From Octopus vulgaris (Eukaryota): a stretch of 64,000 bases of DNA. The stretch's first letter is position 1; every line of letters starts with the position of its first letter. Made by a program: the position numbers and the translations under genes. The notes beneath the pieces were generated by a model. That model was not told where the DNA came from and did no database searches. It saw only the letters and a program-made list of their open reading frames with translations. The stretch spans positions 129,084,001 to 129,148,000 of the forward strand of contig OX597814.1 in assembly GCA_951406725.2 (NCBI GenBank), in the 5' to 3' direction. Below are positions 10,705-23,655 of this stretch, piece by piece.

Positions 10705-11001
10705 GTGTTTGAAATGGAGTTCTTCCAAATGATCTCCAGAGTCACATTACTCAATAGACATGTGAACAGAATATCACAAGAAATAATCAAGGAATCCCAA
10801 GACAGATTCTTCAAGCTGAGCCAACTGGCAGGAGAACCAGGAGCAGCTCAAGGATAAGATGGATGGATGATATCTATAGACTCAGTTGATCATGCCTGGA
10901 AGTCTAATGATGGTTACTTCTGATAGGACTGTATAGAAGAGGTGCCTGAGGATACTATAGCCATAGCCCTCCCAGGAATAGTGGACAAAAAAGATGGATG
11001 G
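10705..11001 (+). mobile_element. Degenerate RTE-like LINE 3' fragment
   Basis: ILQAEPTGRRTRSSSRIRWMDDI and VTSDRTV remnants (GRP-RW and DR-W like); (GGAT)n tail. Confidence 0.55.
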
Positions 11002-11215
11002 ATATGTGTGTATGTTTGTATTTGTTCGTCCCCCATCACCACTGCTGATTTGTTTACTTCCCTGTAATTTAGTGGTTTTGGCAAAAGATTCTGACAGAAT
11101 AAGTATCAATCTTTATTTCTGGTTTGATTTGTTTGACTAAGCACTTAAGGCAGTGCTCCAGCATGGCTGCAGTTTAATGACTGAAACAAGTAAAAAGATA
11201 TAATATACACATCCG

Positions 11216-11437
11216 AAGGCGGTGAGCTGGCAGAAACGTTAGCATGCCGGGCGAAATACTTAGCAGTATTTCGTCTGCTGTTACGTTCTGAGTTCAAATT
11301 CTGCAGAGGTTGACTTTGACTTTCATCCTTTCGGGTTTGATAAATTAAGTACCAGTTATGCACTGGGATCGATGTAATTGACTTAATCTCTTTGTCTGTC
11401 ATTGTTTGTCCCCTTGTGGGCAATACAGAAATAAGAT
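11216..11437 (+). mobile_element. SINE family B (tRNA-like head, Meta/MESC-like central domain)
   Basis: CTTTCATCCTTTCGGG..GATAAATTAAGTACCAG domain; 17-bp TSD AAGATATAATATACACA (11195, 11433). Confidence 0.88.
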
Positions 11438-11759
11438 ATAATATACACAATGCAGAAAAGGAGTGGCTATGGGTATTTATTTATTGATTTTGAAGTGATT
11501 AACAAACAGCAAAGATGGTGGTAGCAAAGAAATTACATTGTTGATTCCATACTAGAATTATGGACAATAATAAAAAAACAAAAAGATAGTAATGGTTGCA
11601 ATTCATTCGACAATGACATAGAAACAGGATGCTGCTGAAAACAGAACTAATTCCAAGAGGACGTTTCTTTGTAACGGATAATAAATAATTCTCATCAACT
11701 ACTAGGAAAGATGCTCACATACACAAGGTGTGTCTGTGAACCCGGATAGAAAGTTTGAT

Positions 11760-12873
11760 GTGTACGTATAGGTCAATTAGTATTTATTGCTGTGTAGTCA
11801 ACATGTGTTGTGATTGAATAAATTTGTAAGTTTATGTTGATGAAAAGGCGTATCTATATAAGTTGCACCCGAAATTTTGTTTCCTCATAACTTTCAGAAA
11901 AATGGATGATTTTTGTTGAAATTTTTTACAAAACCTTTCAAACAGTGTAGGATCCAATTTTTTCAGATTCTGTAGTGAAAATGATTTGCAGGGTGAAATG
12001 GGACAAGAATTTCTGATAATTCGTATGAATCCTTTTTGCTTCCTCATAACTTAAAAAAAATGGGTATTTTTTGATGAAATTTTCTACAAGTACAGGAGTG
12101 GCTGTGTGGTACGTAGCTTGCTTACCAACCACATGGTTCCGGGTTCAGTCCCACTTGGGCAAGTGTCTTCTACTATAGCCTCGGCCAGACCAAAGTCTTG
12201 TGAGTGGATTTGGTAGACGGAAACTAAAAGAAGCCCGTCGTATATATGTATATATATATATATGTGTGTGTGTTTGTCTTTGTACCCCCAACACCGCTTA
12301 ACAACCGATGCTGATGTGTTCAGGTCCCCGTAACTTAGCGGTTCGTCAAAAGAGATCGATAGAATAAGTACTAGGCTTACAAAGAATAAGTCCTGGGGTC
12401 GATTTGGTCGACTAAAGGCGGTGCTCCAGCATGGCCACAGTAAAATGACTGAAAAAAGAAGTACTTTTCAGATATAGCAAACTACAAATATATCGGAATT
12501 TAATGTTAGCGAAAAAAACAAAACAAAAAACCAAACGAAAAATAAACAGAAAAAAATGGTGGACGTGCCACGCATACATACTGACACATGTCACAATGTT
12601 TTCGAAATTTCTAGTTTCATTTTGCTGATATATATACATGTGATGTAGGCCAGCGTGTATGTGGGTGCGCCCACCAATTTTTTTTTCCCCCCTACTTTCA
12701 ATTCTGATATAATCGTTATCTAAACCATTTGAAACGTTTTTGTAGAATATTTCATTGAAGAATATTTATTTTTCTGAAAGTTATGAGGAAACAAAGTCGG
12801 GGCGATGAACACTTTTCTCGGTATGTTGATTCTAAAGACGGGGTTAGCCTGAAATTCCACTAACGTATACATA
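11760..12873. mobile_element. DNA-transposon relic with long subterminal inverted repeats, interrupted by a SINE A
   Basis: About 11876-11950 is inverted at about 12720-12796 (TTTGTTTCCTCATAACTTTCAGAAAAAT). Ends uncertain. Confidence 0.5.
12090..12460 (+). mobile_element. SINE family A, full length
   Basis: Complete head-linker-tail structure. Confidence 0.9.
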
Positions 12874-13359
12874 GCCGAGTAATTAAGAAGTTGCCTTTCT
12901 AATCATGAGATCCCAGGTTCACTCCCATTGTATAACATCTTGAGCAAGCCTCTTCTTCTATCATGGCCTCTGTTAGACCCATGTGAGTGAAATTGGGTGA
13001 TGTAAATGAAATGTGTAGTAGTCCATTGGACGGATTATACCTTTGATTCAAACAGTTTAGTTTCCTTATACACTGCAGCGCTAATCCTCCTCGTATGTCT
13101 ATGGAATACTCAGCCACTAACATGCTAATATACTTATTAATAGGTTGATCGAAAATCTGGAATACTCACCGTTGAACCGACACCTAGCAGGACTTCCCTT
13201 GTTCCCCTCAATTGTTTTAACATCTATCGATTAGTATATTTTTTGTTCAGCACATGTTCCACAAGTACCCGAGTTTCTCTTTCCCCTCTTTCTCTCTCAC
13301 ACACACACATCTCTCTCTCTCTCTCTCTATATATAGATATATATATATATATATATATA

Positions 13360-13495
13360 CTGTTGTGTCTGGGCAGAGTCATTTTCTTTTTTGTGCCTTA
13401 TAATTTAACACATTTACCGGTAAAATTCCACTTATTCCTTATTTTTATTTTCCTAAAATTTTCGTTGCGTCTTGCAACCTTTTCAATAGTCTTTC
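13360..13495 (-). mobile_element. Penelope-like remnant with degenerate minimal hammerhead, in (TA)n
   Basis: Minus strand CTA-TTGAAAAG-GTTGC aagac GCAAC-GAAA-ATTT-TAG; (TA)n on both sides. Confidence 0.4.
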
Positions 13496-13891
13496 ATATA
13501 TATATATATATATATATAATAATAATGAAATTATTGTATACAGTGCTTAGGACACGAAGTATAATACTTTATTAGCATTTGTGCAATATTGGCACTATGC
13601 TCAGTACGAAAAACAAAAACATTCTACGTTACTGCTGTCATGTGTTTTGTCAAAGACTGGGGTCTATAAATTCATTCATGTCACGTGCCTGTTATCCTAT
13701 CAGGCTTTCTATTTATAGAACTTCAGACCTTGTAAACTAATAATTTTCGCTGCTTTTCTTTCTTCTGGTTTTTTTTTTTCTCTTAGAATATAGTGGTGTC
13801 AACGGCCACAATTAGCCGGGAAAAAAAAGAAGTTTTTCCAAAGGACCGTGGGGAATACGAATTCCCAGATACGATCTCAGTGGCGGGTATA

Positions 13892-14125
13892 AAGGCGGCG
13901 AGCTGGCAGAATCGTTAGCGCGCCGGGCGAAATGCTAAGCGGTATTTCGTCTGCTGTTACGTTGTGAGTTCAAATTCCGCCGAGGTCGACTTTGCCTTTC
14001 ATCCTTTCGGGGTCGATAAAAATTAAGCACCAGTTACGCACTGGGGTCGATGTAATCGACTTAATACCTATGTCTGTCCTTGTTCATCCCCAGCCCCTTG
14101 TGGGTAATAAAGAAATAGGTATTTT
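13892..14125 (+). mobile_element. SINE family B, CpGs intact
   Basis: AAGGCGGCGAGCTGGCAGAATCGTTAGC...GTGGGTAATAAAGAAATAGG. Confidence 0.9.
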
Positions 14126-16981
14126 GAGCAAGTGCCGTTTCTGTAGCATTGGGTCCATCCTTAACTTGTGACTAAAAGCTGGGAAGATGGAAACTATATA
14201 GAAAAATCCCGTTGGATGGATTGTACTTGTAATTCAAAGGTCCAGTCTCGGCACATTCTGTGTTCTACTCATGCCACCTGAGATTTACATTGAGGGTGTA
14301 GCAGAAGCGGTTACCAGAGGCGTCGACCACTTACAAGCTAATTAAATAAGCCTGGTAGATCAGTTAGTTGATCGAACAAGTAAGATCTCATGGTCGGACA
14401 TTCGAACCAACATCCTTTGTGTATGCTTTAATGTGTTCGATTTAACACAAAACTTTTTATGTTTGAAATCTCACTACTTTAAGTGATAAAGGCAGATTTG
14501 TTTTACTAGTAAAACTTTATTCCTGTTAGGAAAAGGTGCCAAACCTGAAAGTCAAATAAGTATCTATCGTTGGATATATGAGATTTATCTAATCTGCTTA
14601 ACTCCGTCTCCATGACCCTTTAAAACTAATCGTATTTTGACCGGCGCAAACATAATCCAACTGCCTCCAGTTAACCTCTTACATATCTTTTATTATCGCC
14701 TTCATTCATCTGATAAAGGAAGATGAAGTCTCAATCATTTAACTCTACTCTTAACACTATCACCTCATAAGTAATTGTTCCGTTCTTCTTGAATTTCCTT
14801 TCAAATAATGACTGATTCAGCATTGCATTTTCCATTCAATTCACATCTACGATGCATTATAGTAATATAAAGTGAAGTTGACAACGGCGAGATTCGATCT
14901 CAGGACAGTAATATTTGAAGCGGATACTAAAAAGCACTGCCAATAGTTTAGCTTAAGTTGGCGAAAATTTTAATAATAAAATAAAATAAAATAAAAATCA
15001 TTCGCAACCTTTTTTGTTGTTGCTGCTCTTTCTTTTCTGTCGCTTGTACATCTATCTCTAGCTTCCATTATACTTGTTTTTCTGATTGACTGCTTTCATT
15101 TTCATCTTCAACTATTCAATCTGCATGATTTTTGTTTTTACTTCACTTTCTTTCTTTTCCCTTTCTCTCGTTATAACAGACACATGCAGTAAGAGTGAGT
15201 GAGTACTATCAAGTATAACAAAATTCAGTGAATGTTGAAGGCTATTTTCATTGATAATATGTATTAAATAACTCAATTTACACATACATATACAACTACA
15301 CCTATCACTTGCAAAAATAAAATTATTTTCCATACTTCAGTATCTTTTTAAACTAGTAACATATCCACCCCTTGGTATATTTACTGACAACCCCACCTCC
15401 CACTCTCTTTAATTGACGCTTACCCAACATGGTCTTAAATCCATTGTCTACATTATTTGACTACTTCAGTTTTCTTCCCTCCCTCTTTTCCATATAGTGT
15501 TTGTGTGTGTAAGGACATATTATATATGCTCCAGTATGGCCTAAGTCAAATTGGCTGGAGCCAGTATACAACAGAAATACAAGCACTTTCCACCGATCTC
15601 TTTCTACTTACAATATTTCCTTCCTTAATCTACTCTGATGCATTTTAAAATAATAATAGTAATAATAATAATGAAATTATTTAGTATAGTACTGTGAGAG
15701 CGCGCGTTTATTCTCAGTTGAATTGTAAGATTTTCATTCAAATATAAGAAAAGAAAGAAAACGTATGAAAGATGTGAATTCGAAACAAAAATTTTAAAAC
15801 GAAGAACTAAGCCAACAACGACTAGATTAGTAGTTGCGAGGAAAACGTAATTGTCGATGTTATTCGACGAATCGAGTTCAAATCGTACTGTTTGCTATTC
15901 ATCCTCCTAGGATCGTTAACTTAAGTGACAGTGAAGTAAATAATGTTGTTGTAATCAATTGTTTCTAACTCCACGGATTTTGGCCTTGTGACTAAGTTAT
16001 AAATCAGGATTTAAAAATAAAAGGTATCACAACCAGGGCTTCCCATTCAATCATCTCCAAATAACTAGCATCATGTATATATATATATATAAGAAATGAA
16101 GTTACTTTTCGTTACGTTCTTCTTTAGACAATATACTTCATGACTGACAAAATTAACAAAATATTATTACATGGATATTTCTTAATTCTTATTATCGATT
16201 TTAAAATGAAGAAAATCAACTTTACCAAATAAAGTTAAAGAATAAAAATAATAATGTTGCAGCATCCGCATCTATGGAAGCCGATTTACAATTTGTAAAC
16301 AATATAGTCGAACCAACGTGGTAACCTCTACATATTCGCTCAATTTTTTTGAGAATAACAGCTAAATCTCCTTCAAATCAGATCCTAGTCTTAAACAGGA
16401 AAGACATGCTGAATACTGTAGTTTTGAATACACACAAGGTCTGAATAAACACGGGATAGCCACAGTTGGAATACCTTTCTATGATCATAGGTTTGATCAC
16501 ACATAGGTCTGACCTGGGGCTAAACAAGAAAAGCATGTGATTCTTAGTTTAAATTGAATAACGTTCGACGAAAATCGAATCCCGCATCTCTAAACTGTCA
16601 GCCACTAGAGAAGTGAAATTGTTTACATATTGTATATCGATTAATCTATATAAAAGTACACATAATGTGTGTGTAAGTGTGTAAGATTCCGCGGTTTTAG
16701 AACACATTAGCGAATATTTGGTCCCGTTTGAAGGAGGTCGGTTGAATGAACGACTGTCAAAGCCCGAAATATGTGTATTAGTAGCAGCGATAGTAGCTGC
16801 ATCATTGGTAGCAACAGATTACTCAGCTGCGGCAACAGTTGGAGGGGTAGAGAGTTCGAGAGGGAGATGGTGACGATGATTTATGTTGATGTTCGACACT
16901 TTTTAACTTGTCACTTCTTTTTTCTCCTCCTCTTCAGCATTCTCTAACATATTACTCTCCGTCCGCCCTCTTCTCCCTTAC

Positions 16982-17160
16982 TTGCGCACGAATTGCGGCT
17001 CCTCTGATGATGGCTTGCTCTGTTGCAGTCCCTTGCTGTAACTTTCAATAATGCACCCAGTAATGATTATAGGGTGTAGATGTCCAGGGACATATATTGC
17101 AACAACAATAATGAATGGATCGGCAACAATCAAAATAACAATGAAGTGAATAGGGAGGAG
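16982..17160 (-). other. Candidate exon of a minus-strand transcript (179 nt; coding or UTR)
   Basis: AG-free, pyrimidine-rich tract of about 110 nt ending gcgtag|CTC; donor CAA|GTAAGG; open in frame 0. Confidence 0.5.
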
Positions 17161-17897
17161 CTACGCACAGGAGGTTGGGTGCGATGATGTGGTAGGGGTA
17201 AGAACAGAAAGAAATAGGGGGAAAGTGTAAACGAAAGAAAAAGAAAATGTAAAGAGAGAAAGAGTGAGTTGTGACTGATGGGAAAGAAAGCGAGAAAAAC
17301 AAAAGACCATAGTTTGTAAGGGCTGGGTTTTCGTATAAAGCATGAAAGGAAATAAGAAAGGAAAGTGATGCTGAGAAAGAAGAGAGTAAGAGAGAGAATG
17401 GAAGATGAAGAAAAGGTGGGAGATAAGGTGAAGAAAAGGGAACGAAAGTATTATCCCTTAATATATGAATTTTGATTAAATATCTTGATATGAAAGAGAA
17501 TATTAAGATAACGGTATTCCGAACCGATTCGACTCATGCTTAAAACACCAGTAACAAGAAACTGTTTCACTTTCCATGTTAGTTTCTGGTACTAACATGT
17601 AAAAAGACAATATAAAAAAAAAAAACACATCTACACCCCCAGCTCTATAAACGTGGGAATGAGTTTTCAAAGATTTGAAAAGAAGTTAAATTCGACCGCG
17701 CAAACTTTGGATTACCCTTATCATTTCTCTCAGGTATTTATAATGAAACAACCAGAAGAAAGACAGAAAAGCCCAATCAGCAGCGAATGTGTTTCCCCTT
17801 TCTCATTTATTTATCCATTTTCGCATTTTTATATCTATTTCTACAGATAAATAATAACATACGCTCCTCACTTTATGCCGCAGTTTCATATGCTTAC

Positions 17898-17990
17898 CGC
17901 TGCACGGACGAAACCTCTTTTTCTCAGCCTCTTAAAGCTTCTCGCACGTGTGAATTTAGATACACACCGACTACACTGGAGCGATAATAT
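17898..17990 (-). other. Candidate exon of a minus-strand transcript (93 nt)
   Basis: Branch-like ACTAAC about 33 nt upstream, first AG after it used as acceptor, donor GCG|GTAAGC; open frame, phase 0 to 0. Confidence 0.45.
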
Positions 17991-19721
17991 CTTCGGTTAA
18001 ACAGTTCATTGAAAACAGAAAGTTAGTGATAAAGCGAACGTGGAACATATTTAAATCAATACCAACTTTTTTCGTTTGTTTTTAACGACAAATTTTTACT
18101 GTTGCCTGAGATGTCAACACTCGGATAATACTCCGTTGCTTCACTTAAATGTGACCGCTTCATTCGTCAGCTGGTTTGTGATGATGTTTCGAATTATTTC
18201 TCTCTTGTGATTTACAAACTGAAATTGTCATTTTTGCTTACAACAAGAACAAACAAACAAAAACTGCGAAAAACCGTAAACAAAATAAACACCCCTTTCC
18301 CCGCTACCCACTTTCTTTTACATCATGTAATGTGTCTCCAATGATCCCACTTCATTCACGTATATATTATACCCAGCTTTAGTGGCAATTTGACAAACCT
18401 ATTAGTATTTGTATGCAGGAAATAGCTCCTATGATACTATTAGTGTTTATATAGTGTGTGTACCTTTCACACAACTATATTTACATACTTCACTAGAACT
18501 AATTGCTTTATATTTTCTCTCTCACACACACATACGTATATATAAATGTAATTTTTTTTTTATATTGTAATCTTCAACAAGTGTTGAAATAACATTTAAA
18601 ATAACTTTTATATTGCATTTATCTTACAGAATGGTCTATTACAAGTGTGTGTATATATAATCGTGATTATAAGTTCACCCTGGTGTGAATTACCTTAAGC
18701 ATTTTAAGAGAAAAATCTGTTTATAATTACGGAACATAAAGTAATTTAAGTTTTTATAGTACAAAAAAGACCAGATGTGTAACGAAGGAAAAAGTAATGC
18801 AGCATAATGTTAAAAACAATTTAAACAACTTTACCTGTTGATTTAGAATACCATTTCTTTTTTAAACTAAGAAAGTAAGTCATTTTTTCCACTATACAAA
18901 CATATATAGTATATTTAATAACAAATGCTAAATTAATTTTTTTTTCTTTTTGGCCAGCTGATGAAACAATATAAAGCTGTTGAAAAATTAAATTGTAAAT
19001 TTAATTGAATTAATAAGTTTCTAAATCACTTTTAATCTAATAGGTTCAAGTATAATTCCTTAATTACTTTTAGGAGAAATACATATTTAGGAAAGCTTGT
19101 TAACTGACAAATAAGCATTGCTCCTTATATATTTTGCTCATATACAGAAATATTAGTTTATGAATATTATAAATTAACGTGTTATAAATTACTCAAAAAT
19201 ATAAATTAATTTACAAACTTCAATTTATTTATTATGGATTTATCTTTTATTTTTATCTCTCCCTCTCATTTACCAGAAAGAAAAAAAAAACATTTCACCT
19301 TTGACATTTCAGTTTTAACAGGTTAAAAATCATATGCTTAAAGGATCGAATCTTCCTCAAATTTCTGTTCAATCAATGCCAACCTGGGCCTCCAAATAAT
19401 TTACTTTGTTTTAGTTTCTAGAAGAATGATTGCTTAACAAATGAAAAGGAAACCTTGTATTTTTGAAATCTTTTACCTTATTGCGGGTTAAGGGCACGGA
19501 GATGCCCACTAGTTTTATTTCTATTCATAATCATCATTGGAGCAAGAGGCTTCCATATGTCCCGAATCTTGCTGCTGTTAAGTGAATGATGGGATCTCTT
19601 TCTCTCTCTCTCTTACCTTTCGGAACTTACCATGGATTGATAATTTGTAAACAAAACTGAAAAAATATATTTCTATGTGAAAGTTAAACTATAAAAGTCC
19701 TTTGAGGAAATATTTAAAGCT

Positions 19722-19812
19722 ATGGCACGAGCATTTGGAAAATTTTGGTTATGGCTTAAAGATCGGAATAAAAAGTTCCATAGAAGATCTTGGGCCTACC
19801 CTGAAGAATATG
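19722..19812 (+). CDS. Probable first coding exon of an unidentified gene (MARAFGKFWLWLKDRNKKFHRRSWAYPEEY)
   Basis: Kozak-like gctATGG, 30 open codons plus 1 nt, consensus donor ATG|GTAAGT (phase 1), in unique sequence. Downstream exons not confidently found. Confidence 0.6.
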
Positions 19813-21554
19813 GTAAGTTAATTTTCTTACATGTGACATGCTTATGTACTTTCTAATAACATGAAAAGATTCTCAAATATCTATGAAAACTGAACCTGCT
19901 TTTTGTACTTGAAAATCAGGCTCCCTGCCAACAAGGCAACCTCTATTGTACCCTTGGTTGGGTACAGCTAAATATATGAATCTGGCGTGATGAGCTGTTA
20001 TTTGTGACAAGAATATATATTTACCTTGCGCAATTATAGCTAATACATAACATACCCTTCATTCGTTAAGGGCTCGCCTTCATTGGTTGACTATTTCAAA
20101 CACAGTGTTTGCCTATTGTATTTCTTTACAACTTTACTAACTTCGCTGCCTCCCTCATTTGGCTGAAGTACCTTCTCTACTTTCATTTGTAATACATTCT
20201 ATGCATTGTTTTCTTTCAAACAATGTAGATGTTACAGTAGATTTGTTGTGTATTAAGCCTTGTTGCCAAAGCAGTTGCCGTCAAACTCATTACCATTTCA
20301 ATATTCAATTTTACATTATGTTGTGTCTTCAACTGTTGACCTTTAATTGAAAATATTTTGAAGTTCTCTTATTTTCTATCATTATCGTATTTTTCTTATC
20401 TCACTTAACAAACTTGTTTTGAAAGTTTATTTCGCAATTAGAGATCATTAATATTTTCTTTCTCTTTTTTTCTTTTTGGTCTTTGTTTGTGGAAATTCTG
20501 CTATGAAAATATGGTCCATGTTATTCAGAAATGAATGGTTTTTAAATGCCATATTTCTTTCATGTAATTATTAATTCATTAGGAAAACATCTGGTTGGCA
20601 TTTCTTTCTCTCTATTTTTTTTTATACAATTTTTCTTTTTTTGTTAGGTGGGAAGGTTGATGTCTGAAGCCTCTCAAAAGTTTCAATCATCGGCAAAAGA
20701 GAGGTTCAATATTTATATATTCTACAATCATCCTACTATTGCCATTTCAAGTTTTTACTATCTAATGCTAATTTAACTCGATTTTCACCTTGATTTTAAA
20801 CCCATTATATGTTTTAATCTTTGAAGTTTTTCTAGACTATATGAAACAGTTCTTCATTGAACTTCTTTTCCAAGTTCCTGTCAATAGCATAGCTGGTGAG
20901 GAGGAAGGCAGTCTGTTCCAGGCAACGCTTTTAAGTGGGTTGTACATTCGGGGTATTCAGGTCTGCTGTATATACCTGTATCAGCTTGTATAGATAAACT
21001 TAAGAAATGTGGACAGCAAATACAAGGGCTGCTCTGGGTGACACACATTCTTACTACACAACTAGTTCATGTCCTAAAGACCAATTTCAAATTAAGTTCT
21101 TCATCACTTTCATTTTGTCCACATGAGTGGACATAGTAAACCGAAACTATTTTTTCTCTTAGCAAATTCAAGAGAAGACATAACGAAATCGAGCAGAGAT
21201 ATGCACTAAATGAAAGCTAGGCAGCAATTGACGCTCTCCTGCTAAGACTCCCAGATTTTCACCAACCGTTGTTGCCTTTTTGCGTGTTTGTTACTCGATA
21301 CGTTTAATGTTCGAAAAATTGTTCGTAAACCAATTTGTTCACGATGAGAGGCATTCATAAACCAAGGTTCCGCTGTGATTATCTTCAACTCTGTATTTCA
21401 TTGACATATGTGACATGGTTTTGGGCATTAAATATACTCGATGGTTTAGAGTTCAAAATATTGCACGGATCTATGATATGCTATGTTCTGGCAATCTTTC
21501 GAAAGATTGCCTATGTTCTTAGTAATTAGTTAAGGAATGACTGATAAAGAAGTT

Positions 21555-22372
21555 CACTTCCCAGTCGCTTCCGCCAGCCTGGGGCCATAGATTTGTGAGT
21601 GGATTTGGTTGGCAGAAACTGAAAGAACTGAAGGCGGCGAGCTAGCAGAAACGTTGGCACGCCGGGCGAAATGCTCAGCGGTATTTCGATTGCCGTTCCG
21701 TTCTGAGTTCAAATTCCGCCGAGGTCGACTTTGCCTTTCATCCTTTCGGGGTCGATAAATTAAGTACCAGCTACGCACTGGGGTCGATGTAATGGACTTA
21801 ATCCGTTTGTCTGTCCTTGTTTGTCATCTCTGTCTTTAGCCTCTTGTGGGTAGTAAAGAAATAGGTATTTCGATTGCCGTTACGTTCTGAGTTCAAAATT
21901 CCTCCGAGGTCGACTTTGCCTTTCATCCTTTCAGGTCGATAAATTAAGTACCAGTTACACATTGGGGTCGATGTAGTCGACTTAATCCCTTTATCTGTCT
22001 TTGTTTGTCATCTTTGTTTGTCTTTGTTTGTACCAGTTACTCATTGGGGTCGATGTAATCTACTTAATCCCTTTCTCCTTGTTAGTCCCCTCTATGTTTA
22101 GCCCCTTGTGGGGAATAAAGAAATAAGAAACTGAAAGAAACCCATTGTGTGTGTGTATGCCTCCTTCTTGTGACATCACATGACAGTTGTAAATGAGTGT
22201 CACCTTCCAATCTTCCACAAAAACATGTCTGGTCATGAGGAAATATTTTCTTACTCAGAAACAAGTTAGAGTTGGTGTATGAAAGAGCAGCCAGTCATAG
22301 AAAGTCTGCCTTAATGAAATCCATCTGACCCATGAAAGTATGGAAAAGTGGATGTTAAAATGATAATGACGG
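21555..22372 (+). mobile_element. SINE family H interrupted by a SINE B
   Basis: Head runs to 21627; the RTE-type tail resumes at 22140-22372. Confidence 0.7.
21630..22125 (+). mobile_element. SINE family B with tandemly reiterated body
   Basis: Body repeated about 2.5 times; 14-bp TSD AGAAACTGAAAGAA (21614, 22126). Confidence 0.88.
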
Positions 22373-22671
22373 TGGGGGTAACTCCTTCAACCCATTTTTC
22401 CTTGGGGGCAATATTTAAAATTCTTGAATCCATTCCTTTCCATGTACTCTTGGAGGGGTTTAACTCAGCACTGCTAACTAATAAACTTGGTCAATTTTTC
22501 TGCTCTGCTATTATTATTTGGTAAGTTGTTCCTAACCTGTGCTACCTGTTTTCATTTAGGTGGACCAGACCATTTGGGAATTAAGTGCATTGACTAAGGA
22601 CACAAAGCAGTGCCTGTAACTGGATATGAAATTGCTGTCCTCTTAAACTTTCAAAATATCTAGCATTCAAA

Positions 22672-23100
22672 CATGACTGTGTGGTTAAGAAGCTCACTTT
22701 GTAACCATGTGAGCTTCTTGCGTAGTGGCTGTGTGGTAAGTACCTTGCTTACTAACCACAATTCTGGGTCGGCAACTTGGACAAGTGTCTTTTACTATAG
22801 CCTCGGGTCGACCAAAGCCTTGTGAGTGGTTTGGTAGACGGAAACTGAAAGAAGCCCGTCGTATATATGTATATATATATATATATACGTTTGTGTGTCT
22901 GTGTTTGTCCCCCTAACATCGCTTGACAACCGATGCTGGTGTGTTTATGTCCCCGTTACTTAGCGGTTTGGCAAAAGAGACCGATAGAATAAGTACTGGG
23001 CTTACAAAAGAATAAGTCCCGGGGTCGAGTTGCTCGATTAAAGGCGGTGCTCCAGCATGGCCGCAGTCAAATGACTGAAACAAATAAAAGAGTAAAGAGT
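22672..23100 (+). mobile_element. SINE family A, preceded by an extra head fragment
   Basis: Two consecutive CTGTGTGGT heads, then a full body and tail. Confidence 0.85.
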
Positions 23101-23327
23101 ATAAGAAATACATTTTCAGTAATCACAATAACTAGATGTTTTACTGTAAGGGTGTGACAGTTTATACAAATGGTATTACTCACTGTATTGTATAATTGAT
23201 ATAAATACTTATGTGTTGGCTGATTTATAGCACTAAGGTACACACGTACAAGTTCTACTTAATTCCCTTAATAAATGCCAGCTAAATGGTACCATTTTAA
23301 AATTGATTTTGCACATTTTCTGTATTA

Positions 23328-23505
23328 CTGTAATTTCTGGCATACAACTCAAATTTTTCGGACCAAAATTTATGACCAAGAGATGGTAGGATGACTTTGG
23401 AGGACCAAAAATTTCATATGAAATGCAGCAGAATTTGGGAAGATAGTGACGATATTTGAATGTTTACAAAATGTGCAACATCAACTTGTATGCCAGAAAA
23501 TATGG
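23328..23505. mobile_element. Tc2/pogo-like MITE
   Basis: TA|CTGTAATTTCTGGCATACAA ... TTGTATGCCAGAAAATATGG|TA. Confidence 0.7.
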
Positions 23506-23655
23506 TATATTCTTCAGTATTTGAAGGCAGTAAAATGGGAGGGTTTTTAAGGAATTGGATTGGAATAAAGCAGTAAATAGCACAATGTGACACATTGTTC
23601 TGGTATCCAGTTATTTTTTCAACTTTCCCTTTTCCTTCTCCAGTAGCATAGATTG

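Larger units (their letters stand above)
16680..18310. promoter_or_regulatory. Repeat-free, CpG-retaining promoter-proximal zone
   Basis: Many CpGs compared with the CpG-poor flanks (judged by eye), CCAAT box AGCCCAATCAGC at about 17770, long purine tract 17165-17450, no SINEs. Confidence 0.55.

Noticed and set aside
20649-20704. Strong acceptor ttttgttag|GTGG as exon 2 of the + gene
   Set aside because: Phase-1 continuation hits TGA after 6 codons; donor is weak.
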